From: an uncultured Candidatus Saccharibacteria bacterium
Lineage (GTDB): Bacteria > Patescibacteriota > Minisyncoccia > Minisyncoccales > UBA5738
Direction of reading: 5' to 3'
NCBI GenBank assembly: GCA_964470995.1
Contig: CAYYEP010000001.1
Coordinates: 65,813 to 129,812, forward strand
Length of the DNA stretch: 64,000 nucleotides
Below are positions 54,830 through 62,804 of the stretch, in pieces. Within the stretch, counting starts at the first letter, position 1, and each line of letters begins with the position of its first letter. A program made the translations under genes and the position numbers. The notes under the pieces are model-generated. The model was not told where the DNA came from and searched no databases. It saw only the letters and a list, made by a program, of their open reading frames with translations.

Positions 54830-55917
54830 GATTACCTACCCGCACCCCTCAATCCGACCGCATAATTAAATTAATACTTTCCCTTGTAATGATACCACGC
54901 CTGCGTGGCATTTTTGTTTTTTAAGCTCTCTGGCGAATGCCTCGGCAGGCGTTTTGTAGCCAAGGCATTCCATAAAGCGGTTGCGGAGTTTGCACGCTGC
55001 CATCGCAAAATACGACGGCGGGCATTTGCTCAAATCGGAACCCTTTTTAACATAACGGCGGATCGCTTTGTTGCGGTTTTCAACCGTTCCTTTTTCGTTT
55101 GGCGATTGCGGATGGCAGAAGAATATTGCTGCGTCGATAAGATCGGCAAGCTCGGCGTGTTTTTGGAAAGAAATATCATTGTCGATAGTTAAACTTTCAA
55201 CCGGATACGGACCAAGCAATTCATTAACCGCACGGTTGACCGTGGCGGTATCGCGATTCACGAGATAACGCAGGAACGGATATCGAGTTTTGCGTTCCAC
55301 GATCACCAAGAGCGATCCTTTGCCATCTTTTCCCGATTCGATGAAATCGCCTTCATAATGGCCGAATTGAAGCCGATTTTGGACAATCTTGGGTCTTCGG
55401 TCGATCATTCTTCGGCCGTCGATGGCAACCGATCGGCCGCGCTTGGGTCCGCCTCTTTTCTTTACCGCCCGGGAATACAGATGCCGTTCCAGATTCCGGC
55501 CCAATGGGCTGTAAACAAATTTGTAGATGGCTTTTGTACTTGCATATTCGATTTTCTTTTCAATGTTTTTCAATCTTCCTGAAATTCCTTGCGGAGTTTG
55601 ATCGTCTTCAATGTTTGTTTCCACAAAATCCCGCAGTTCAAAATTTGTCGACACCTTCAGGCATTGTATCTTGGATTCTCGTCTCGAAACATATGCTTTG
55701 TGGTGGGCTTTTTGGGCAGTATAAATACCGTTTACCGAATTGCGGTTGATTTCATCAACAACGCTCGATTTGCTCCGATCCAGTTTGTCGGCAATGAATT
55801 GCCGGCTTTTGTTTTGTTTCAAATACTTTTCAATCCGCTGCCTCTCGTAGAGGTAAAAATGTTGAAATTTGCTCATACAATTTTATTGTACAAGCGGTCG
55901 GATTCAAAGGTAAATCT
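54830..55917 (-). mobile_element. IS30-family insertion sequence
   Basis: Imperfect terminal inverted repeats GATTACCT...AATCCGACCGC (54830-54861) and GCGGTCGGATT...AGGTAAATC (55894-55916). Confidence 0.75.
54866..55876 (-). CDS. IS30 family transposase
   Basis: N-terminal HTH and DDE region HYEGDFI...TIDNDISF...PNEKGTVENRNKAIRRY. Confidence 0.88.
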   Translation of the reverse strand: MSKFQHFYLYERQRIEKYLKQNKSRQFIADKLDRSKSSVVDEINRNSVNGIYTAQKAHHKAYVSRRESKIQCLKVSTNFELRDFVETNIEDDQTPQGISGRLKNIEKKIEYASTKAIYKFVYSPLGRNLERHLYSRAVKKRGGPKRGRSVAIDGRRMIDRRPKIVQNRLQFGHYEGDFIESGKDGKGSLLVIVERKTRYPFLRYLVNRDTATVNRAVNELLGPYPVESLTIDNDISFQKHAELADLIDAAIFFCHPQSPNEKGTVENRNKAIRRYVKKGSDLSKCPPSYFAMAACKLRNRFMECLGYKTPAEAFARELKKQKCHAGVVSLQGKVLI

Positions 55918-55925
55918 GCGTTACA

Positions 55926-56246
55926 ATGCCCTTCGAAAAAATTAAAACAGAATTACCAAAATTCTGCATTATTGTTTCGCTTCCGGAACCAATGACCGGC
56001 CAGCAGATTGCCCGGATGCTGGAAAGGAGGCTGGGAAAGAATGTCTATTTTAGAAGATATAAAACAGAAATCGTTGGCGCAATTAACGGCGCAGATACAT
56101 TAATACTGTCGGGACCAAACCGAATAGGGCCGGCCGGAGTTTACAAGGAATTTTGGATCGAGGCCACCGCGAACAGATATAAAGGCAAGATCGCCCCGGA
56201 TGAAATTACCGCCCTGATAACACAGATAACGGACTGTTCCAAGTGA
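55926..56246 (+). CDS. hypothetical protein; the start abuts the IS30 end
   Basis: 106-aa ORF beginning about 10 nt after the IS right end. Confidence 0.45.
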   Translation: MPFEKIKTELPKFCIIVSLPEPMTGQQIARMLERRLGKNVYFRRYKTEIVGAINGADTLILSGPNRIGPAGVYKEFWIEATANRYKGKIAPDEITALITQITDCSK

Positions 56247-56282
56247 CAGCCCGTTCTATATTTTCAAAATATTATTCCAAGA

Positions 56283-56774
56283 TCAAGGTTTAATAATATT
56301 CTTCGCCCAACCCGCGATTTTTTTCAGATTATTATTTTCATCCGTTGCGGGAATACCGTCCATTTTAAAGCTGGCCTTGGCGACAATACGGTTTCCGGCC
56401 AGTTCTTTTTCGAGGTTTTCCAGGGCCGCGCCCGGAGTTTCTCCGCCGCGGGCAGAAAACAAGGCGATTTTTTTATTTTTGATTTTTTTCTGGTTTAAAA
56501 ACGACCGAACGGCAGGAGCGTAATTTGCGGCCCATACCGGAGTGCCAACAAATACCAAATCATAATCATTGGGATCGATTTCGAAAGGAACTATTTGGGG
56601 CGTTTCTTTTTTAACCACCTGCCGGCCGGCGGCAAAATATTTCAATAATTTGTTTGCCGGCAATTCTTTTTTCAATTTTATTTCCAGCAGATCCCCTCCC
56701 GCGGCGGCGGAAACCGAATGGGCGATTTTTTTGGTATTGCCAGTCAGCGAAAAAAATACCGTTAAGACTTTCAT
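56283..56774 (-). CDS. flavodoxin-family protein
   Basis: MKVLTVFFSLTGNTKKIA FMN-binding loop. Confidence 0.8.
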   Translation of the reverse strand: MKVLTVFFSLTGNTKKIAHSVSAAAGGDLLEIKLKKELPANKLLKYFAAGRQVVKKETPQIVPFEIDPNDYDLVFVGTPVWAANYAPAVRSFLNQKKIKNKKIALFSARGGETPGAALENLEKELAGNRIVAKASFKMDGIPATDENNNLKKIAGWAKNIIKP

Positions 56775-56828
56775 AATATGATTGATAAATATTATAATAT
56801 TATTATCTCATATTGCGGAGGAATAAAA

Positions 56829-57005
56829 ATGAGACTTAAGGTTGTTAGCACAAAAAAAGAACGATTTCGACTCCCCTTCCCCGGCGAACCGCCTTACCGG
56901 CCAAATGGAGTGGATAGCGCCGCGATGGATATTTTAGCCAAGAAGAATAGAAAACCTGTGCAAAATATCCGCTGCAGACAAATATCCGATAAAAAGAAGG
57001 AATGA
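56829..57005 (+). CDS. small basic hypothetical protein
   Basis: GGAGG SD 7 nt before ATG 56829. 58 aa. Confidence 0.4.
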   Translation: MRLKVVSTKKERFRLPFPGEPPYRPNGVDSAAMDILAKKNRKPVQNIRCRQISDKKKE

Positions 57006-57304
57006 AGCGGGACCGCGACGGAAGAAGCTGTACTTTTATTTTTTAAAATGAGCAGCCTGAAGCGGCGGTTAATTTGCCAGCGGCAATGAAAACCGCCATT
57101 TCGCGCGTTCCGGGGCAATAGATTTCGAAAAGCTTTAAACCGCGGGCACTTTACAGTGCCTTTTTTATTTTTAATACCTATCCGTGCCATAAACGGCCGG
57201 GCGGTTCCAAGATTGCCAATTATCCAACCCCCGGTATAGAAAAGTATCTGTTATTTGCCCCGCAACTATTCGCTTGGACCGGTTAAATCAAGGTATATGC
57301 GCGC

Positions 57305-57853
57305 TTATCGACACCAAAACTTTTTCCCGATACCACCGATAAACTCGCTCCAGTAACGCTCGGTATGGGGAACGTATTTCCCGGGATATTCCCTTCTCTC
57401 TCGCTCCAATTCTTCGATGGCGATAAATCTTAACATTTGCACCTCCCCTTCCTGGGGCACCAGCCGGCTTTCATCACCATCGAAGCGCGCGTAATAAGTA
57501 TAGGCAAACCCTTTTTCGTCCAAACCGTCCGAAATATTCGTGAATTTTTCCACCATCACAAATTCAAGATCAGTTTTTAAAAATTCCAGACCGGCTTCTT
57601 CGGCGGCTTCGCGCAAGGCCGCGTTGATACAATGCTCGCCGGCGGCTACATGGCCGGCAACACCGATATCCCATTTACCCGGATGCAATTCCTTGAGAAG
57701 CGACCGCAACTGGGCCAGAATACGGCCGCGCGAGTCATATACCAAAACACGGGCGGTGCGGTGCCAAAGACCGCTGGACAGAACCTTGCTTTTCATTGCC
57801 TGCCCGATGACATTGTTGTTTTCGTCGCAAATATCGATAAGTTCGTCGGCCAT
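57305..57853 (-). CDS. NUDIX hydrolase
   Basis: Nudix box GHVAAGEHCINAALREAAEEAGL. Start moved to ATG 57853 (MADELIDI). Confidence 0.85.
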   Translation of the reverse strand: MADELIDICDENNNVIGQAMKSKVLSSGLWHRTARVLVYDSRGRILAQLRSLLKELHPGKWDIGVAGHVAAGEHCINAALREAAEEAGLEFLKTDLEFVMVEKFTNISDGLDEKGFAYTYYARFDGDESRLVPQEGEVQMLRFIAIEELERERREYPGKYVPHTERYWSEFIGGIGKKFWCR

Positions 57854-57857
57854 TTTT

Positions 57858-58364
57858 TTATATTTTACGGGGATCGTACGCCCAATGGAGGATTGCTTGA
57901 CGCTGGCGGCGGCGACAGGATAAATCGCGCGGCGCACAGTTCTTTTTTATTTGGGCAATATGGCGGCGGATAGCAAGCCATCTTTTTATTTGGCGGGCGT
58001 CATCTTCGGGCATACGCCGGCCCATATAGTAGCGGCAATACCACTGGAACCATCCGCGCGGATCGGCCGGATGGATCCAGCCTTTGGCACGCCAGACGCT
58101 TAACGGCTGGGAAGCATTAATACCGAAATAATTCAGTTTGGGGTCGTGAAATTCGGGATTTAATTTCGCGTTATCAAACCAATCTTTGGGAAATTCTTTG
58201 GCACAGTCGGTCATATATTTGCCGCCGAATATACCCATTGCCAACATTTGTTTCGGGCTAAGTTCGGGCTCAAATAACGCATCAAATCCCTTTCCTACCG
58301 GCGCGTCCAGATAATAAAAATACCCCTGCTGCATTTTATCATGAACGACAATTTTTTTGCCCAT
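57858..58364 (-). CDS. conserved hypothetical protein
   Basis: 168 aa. GIFGGKYMTDC...DPRGWFQWYCRYYMGRR pattern recalled as a widespread uncharacterised family. Confidence 0.6.
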   Translation of the reverse strand: MGKKIVVHDKMQQGYFYYLDAPVGKGFDALFEPELSPKQMLAMGIFGGKYMTDCAKEFPKDWFDNAKLNPEFHDPKLNYFGINASQPLSVWRAKGWIHPADPRGWFQWYCRYYMGRRMPEDDARQIKRWLAIRRHIAQIKKNCAPRDLSCRRRQRQAILHWAYDPRKI

Positions 58365-58366
58365 AC

Positions 58367-59203
58367 TTATGATGCCAGAAAATCAACAGCTTGCGGGAAC
58401 CATTGCTCAAAAAAAATCGGCCGTTCCAAGTCATGGTCGCCGGCGGGGACTATGATGCGATTATGAAATTCGGTGTTTAAACTTTCGAGGGGCACTGACC
58501 GGTCGGCTTCTCCGTGCACGTGCAAAATCATTTCTTTTATTTTGTCGAAGTAATTCGACAAGTCAATTTTTGCGGCTTCCAAAAAATAATCCGGGGCCAA
58601 ATAATTGTCGCGCATCATCCGCGCAGGACGATTACAGTCGGCGAGAAATTTTTTTTCGTTGAAATAATTTTGCCAATTACTCCAGCTAATCTCAACCGAA
58701 AAATTTTTGGCATTCATCGAATCGCGCACAAAATAATAGCGCAGCAATTCCCGCTGATTTAGGGCGGGAGCGATGAATACCATTTTATCGGCCGTTCCTT
58801 CCAAGTATTTCAGCTTGAGCGCGATGGCGCACACCCCAAGGCTGTGGGCAACGAACGAAATCTTATCGACGGCGAATTCTTTCCGAAGATATCCGACGGC
58901 GACCATTAATTCATCGGCGCGAGCGAGCAAGGTGGTTTTTGAGAAATCTCCGTCGGATAAACCGCAGCCGGCGGCGTCATAACGCAGGGAAACAATCCCG
59001 CGCGCCGCCAAGGCGTCGGCCATCCGCCGGAATTTTTTTTCGACCGTGGCGTTGCGCTCGAATCCCTGCAGGAACACCGCTCCCCTCCCGGTAACGACTT
59101 CGGGGACGACCGCGATTCCGCGCAGGAAATTGTCATTATTATTTTTAAATTCGACAAGACGGATATTCATTGGCGGTTTTATAATTATTGCAATGAAATC
59201 CAA
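58367..59203 (-). CDS. alpha/beta hydrolase
   Basis: Nucleophile elbow VAHSLG and a C-terminal GDHD. An alternative start at 59170 is possible. Confidence 0.75.
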   Translation of the reverse strand: MDFIAIIIKPPMNIRLVEFKNNNDNFLRGIAVVPEVVTGRGAVFLQGFERNATVEKKFRRMADALAARGIVSLRYDAAGCGLSDGDFSKTTLLARADELMVAVGYLRKEFAVDKISFVAHSLGVCAIALKLKYLEGTADKMVFIAPALNQRELLRYYFVRDSMNAKNFSVEISWSNWQNYFNEKKFLADCNRPARMMRDNYLAPDYFLEAAKIDLSNYFDKIKEMILHVHGEADRSVPLESLNTEFHNRIIVPAGDHDLERPIFFEQWFPQAVDFLAS

Positions 59204-59700
59204 TACCTGAAGGTTGCATCATTCTCGCCGGCAACCATAATCTTGTTCTCAAACTTTCCGCCGTTGGCCTTGATAACCTTGCGGGACGCGATATTATCTT
59301 TAAAACTCGTCACCAAAACTTTTTTCATACCAAGGTCTTTTGCCCAAAGCAAGGAAAGTTCTAATATCTTTTTCCCATAACCCTTGCCCCTTTCCGATGG
59401 CACAATTTCGTAACCGATATTGCCGCCTCTTTGCAGCAGATTTTCATTCAGCCGGCGGCGGATGCTAACGATACCAATGATCTCTCCATTATCCAAAAGC
59501 CACAACATATCGTAGGGAACCCAGCCATACGGCAAATCTTTGCCATTGGAATGATCGGTGGCAACTTTGACGCAGGCTTCGAGATTGTCGGGATTGCCGA
59601 GAACTTCCCACAGTTTTATGCTTTTGCGATCATGCCGGAACTCCGCAACCGCCTTGCGCCAGCTTTTTTCATAAACTTTATTTGGACGAACGAGTTTCAT
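59185..59700 (-). CDS. GNAT-family N-acetyltransferase
   Basis: RGKGYGKKILE acetyl-CoA-binding motif. Confidence 0.8.
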   Translation of the reverse strand: MKLVRPNKVYEKSWRKAVAEFRHDRKSIKLWEVLGNPDNLEACVKVATDHSNGKDLPYGWVPYDMLWLLDNGEIIGIVSIRRRLNENLLQRGGNIGYEIVPSERGKGYGKKILELSLLWAKDLGMKKVLVTSFKDNIASRKVIKANGGKFENKIMVAGENDATFRYWISLQ

Positions 59701-59742
59701 TTTTTAGCTTTATTTATCTGTTTTAAATCTTAAAAAATAACA

Positions 59743-60309
59743 TTAATTATCGTTCAAAATAGCAGATAATATTTCTGGGAATTCGGTTGTTTTCAAGTCA
59801 TTAAAAGTGAAATGTCCTTTGTCGGAAAATTCTTCGACGCAGATACCGGGCAAATTATCCCTAATGATTTTTACTGATTCTATAATATCACTACTGTCGT
59901 CGCGTGATATAAAAATTTTTAATTTTGTTTTTTCAAGAAGATTTTTATCTATTATAAAATCAAAGAAATTATCCGTTTTCTCCCTTTCGGGATCAATCCA
60001 GGGAGCAACAAGCAGCAACTTAAGAGGATAAATATTATTTTGACTAAGCCAACGAAGCAAGAAACCGCCGCCGCAACTGTGGCCAATTAAAATTGTTTTT
60101 TCGTTCACATCATATCTTTCAAATTCTATTTTCCATTTATCATAGTCAGGTTCATACGCATCCGGCATTTCTGGACTTTGGGTAAAAATGCCTTTCATCA
60201 AAAGCTGTTTTTGAAGCCACAGAAACCAATGACTGTTCGAAAGCGACGGGTATTTATCGCTGAAATATTCTTCCTTATCGCAGGTGCCATGAATTATTAT
60301 CGCGTTCAT
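59743..60309 (-). CDS. YdeN/RBBP9-like serine hydrolase
   Basis: IIHGTCDKEEYF...LIGHSCGG. AT-rich relative to its neighbours. Confidence 0.7.
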   Translation of the reverse strand: MNAIIIHGTCDKEEYFSDKYPSLSNSHWFLWLQKQLLMKGIFTQSPEMPDAYEPDYDKWKIEFERYDVNEKTILIGHSCGGGFLLRWLSQNNIYPLKLLLVAPWIDPEREKTDNFFDFIIDKNLLEKTKLKIFISRDDSSDIIESVKIIRDNLPGICVEEFSDKGHFTFNDLKTTEFPEILSAILNDN

Positions 60310-60321
60310 CGCTTTATTATA

Positions 60322-60843
60322 TTATACGGAAAATTCAAAATTGTCTTCGGAATCAAAACTTACGAGATTGGCAACCCGGATAATCTCCGGCGAAGTCCAA
60401 TTGCCGCGCAAAAGGGCGGCGACCTTCCAGGAACGGGCATCGATCAAAAAATCACGGATGATAAAATCATCGTCGGCGACCGCGGCGGAAGTTTCGCCGT
60501 CAACCGAGTTATCGGATATCCGAGCCAAACGGGCGTGGCTGGAATCGAGCTTGGAGTAATCGCCGGCGGCAAGTTTTAAAAAATTACCCGATTTGGGAAT
60601 GGCCAGTTCTTCACCAAAAAGAAATGCGGCGGCGGGAGCCATAAACAGGCTTTCCGGAGCGCGACCGTCGGGCGCGGCCGAAACTTCAATGTATTTGACG
60701 AAAAGATCTTTATCGAACCAGAAAGCGCTGACAAACATCGGCACGCCGTCGATATCGCCGATAGCACCCCGGTCGAAAACGCTTTTGACACTCAAGAAAC
60801 CTTCGATGGTGTTAACTTTGATCGTAAATCTATTGCGATCCAT
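60322..60843 (-). CDS. hypothetical protein
   Basis: 173-aa ORF. Confidence 0.5.
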   Translation of the reverse strand: MDRNRFTIKVNTIEGFLSVKSVFDRGAIGDIDGVPMFVSAFWFDKDLFVKYIEVSAAPDGRAPESLFMAPAAAFLFGEELAIPKSGNFLKLAAGDYSKLDSSHARLARISDNSVDGETSAAVADDDFIIRDFLIDARSWKVAALLRGNWTSPEIIRVANLVSFDSEDNFEFSV

Positions 60844-60866
60844 TGGCTATTTATTAATTTTCAAAA

Positions 60867-61622
60867 TCAACTTTCGGTGACAGCACGCGGCAAGCGGCTG
60901 TCCCAGTCGTCGAACACATGATTAAATCCAATACCTCGAAAATAATTTTCGACAACAGTTTCGAGATTGCGCTGGGCCGGCAAGTCGCCGGTATCGAGAA
61001 TTTTAATTATCGATGACAGCAAGTCTTTTCCCGGGAGGGGGAATTTTTCCAGCGGATATCTCTCGAGCTCCTTTTCCAAATAGTCGGCAAACGGGGCGAT
61101 CCGGTCTTCGGCGGCAAAAAGCGCGTTCAGCAGGCACGGCAAAGATAACGCCGCCTCCAAACGGTTGCCAATAACATTTTCCTTGGCGCGCGATTCAACC
61201 GACCGGATAAAACAATTCAGATAAGCGTCGATCTGTTCGCTAATATAATTTTCTTTTTCTTCGGCCGGAAATGACCCCTTTTGGTCGATATACTTTTGGA
61301 TCAAGCCGTTTTTATCCACCAAGGCTTTGGCGCGGACAAATTCGTACCGGTCCCAGGCGGTATCGCTTCCCCACCGGGCATAATTTTGGAATTCGGAAAA
61401 AGGCATTACGGCGATATCGATCCCCGGAGAAAAATATTTCGGATATTTCTCGTTATATTCAAACGCGTCTTCGTCTTTTACGATTATTCGAATGTCGTAA
61501 TCGGAATTTCTGTTTTCAAACTCTTTGGCGCGCGACCCTCCCAAAAAAGCTCCCAATATATTATTGTCGTTTTGGCATTCCGATATTATTTTTTCAAATA
61601 TTGTCTTTGGCTCTTGCTTCAT
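60867..61622 (-). CDS. nucleotidyltransferase-domain protein (ANT/KNTase-like)
   Basis: GAFLGGSRAKEFENRNSDYDI (GS...DxD minimal NTase motif). Confidence 0.65.
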   Translation of the reverse strand: MKQEPKTIFEKIISECQNDNNILGAFLGGSRAKEFENRNSDYDIRIIVKDEDAFEYNEKYPKYFSPGIDIAVMPFSEFQNYARWGSDTAWDRYEFVRAKALVDKNGLIQKYIDQKGSFPAEEKENYISEQIDAYLNCFIRSVESRAKENVIGNRLEAALSLPCLLNALFAAEDRIAPFADYLEKELERYPLEKFPLPGKDLLSSIIKILDTGDLPAQRNLETVVENYFRGIGFNHVFDDWDSRLPRAVTES

Positions 61623-61628
61623 AGTATT

Positions 61629-62078
61629 TCAGCCGACAAGCAAGGTTAACGTTTCGATCCCCGAACCGCCGACCTCTTCTTCGATCTGTTTTTCCATATT
61701 GCGGGCATCGGCAAGACTAACATTCCTTAATGCCGTTCTTTTAGCTAACAGCTTATCGCTGATCTTTAGAAACACGACGAGGTCGCAATCAAGAACAATA
61801 GTTCCGAAAACCGGCCGGCCCGGTTCGACTTGGGCCTTAGCGCGCGCCAGGCGACTCATTATTTCGCCGATCTCGGGAGTCCAGGGCGTTCGGCAAACAT
61901 AAGCCGACTCTTCCCCGGTCAGTTTGGGGAAAACCAATTTGTCCATATCAAGGCATCCGGGAATATTTTTTACCAGCGTAGTTTTACCCGTTCAGGTCGT
62001 ACCAACCACAACAATCCGCTTATTTTTGTTGCGCGCAAAAATTTTTTTTAAATTTTTTTCGAGGGCGGGCGATGTCAT
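61629..62078 (-). pseudogene. P-loop NTPase/kinase-like gene with an in-frame TGA inside Walker A
   Basis: ATG 62078 lies 1 nt after the upstream stop. MTSPALEKNLKKIFARNKNKRIVVVGTT-TGA(61994-61992)-TGKTTLVKNIPGCLDMDKLVF... is continuous with ORF 61629..61946. Confidence 0.65.
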
Positions 62079-62079
62079 T

Positions 62080-62715
62080 TTATAAACCCGGGTTATTAAA
62101 TTTCATCGCTTCACCATTGCCGATAATTTCGGTTCGGGCGCCATCGACCACTACCGATTGGCGATCGTTCAAAGCGACGATGGGGCGGTCCAATTTTGCG
62201 GCCAAATCCTTAGCTTGATCCATATTGTCGGCGTTGATGTGCGGCTTAATCGCGAAGGGAACCAAGCCGATCCCGACCAGATATTTCAAATCGACAATAT
62301 TTTCGGCGGCGCTGGTTTCAATGGTCGTGCCGGCAATAATTGAACCGGCGCTGGAGCCGACATATACCCCTCCCCTTTCCAAGAAATCCTTGACCAGAAC
62401 ATCAAAGCCGCTGGCGCGAACGTATTTTAAAAGATAGAATGTGTTGCCGCCTTCGACATAAATTATGTCGGCATCGGCAAGCTTGGGCGCAAGAGTTTGG
62501 ATAGTTTCGTTTTCGATATCGACGTCGCTGATCATATTGATCCCAAGTTCGGCAAAACGCAATTTGCTTTTATTGAGATACCAGCGGTCGCTTTCGGGAT
62601 TGGCCGCGGTTGGAACAAATACAACACGGCAATCCTCGGGCTTTTTGGGGAGGAGCTTTAAGAATTCGTTTTTTATTTCATGGCTTAACCCGCCGGATGT
62701 CAACAAAAGTTTCAT
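62080..62715 (-). CDS. peptidase S51 (dipeptidase E-like)
   Basis: MKLLLTSGGL...VFVPTAA...YVGSSAGSIIAG. Confidence 0.8.
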   Translation of the reverse strand: MKLLLTSGGLSHEIKNEFLKLLPKKPEDCRVVFVPTAANPESDRWYLNKSKLRFAELGINMISDVDIENETIQTLAPKLADADIIYVEGGNTFYLLKYVRASGFDVLVKDFLERGGVYVGSSAGSIIAGTTIETSAAENIVDLKYLVGIGLVPFAIKPHINADNMDQAKDLAAKLDRPIVALNDRQSVVVDGARTEIIGNGEAMKFNNPGL

Positions 62716-62804
62716 ATTTATAGTATTTCCTTTTTATCTCTTTTCACGCAGAAAGCAAGCCAAACTTGTTGCCGGCCTGCCTCCCAATCCCATACCATTA
62801 AAAA

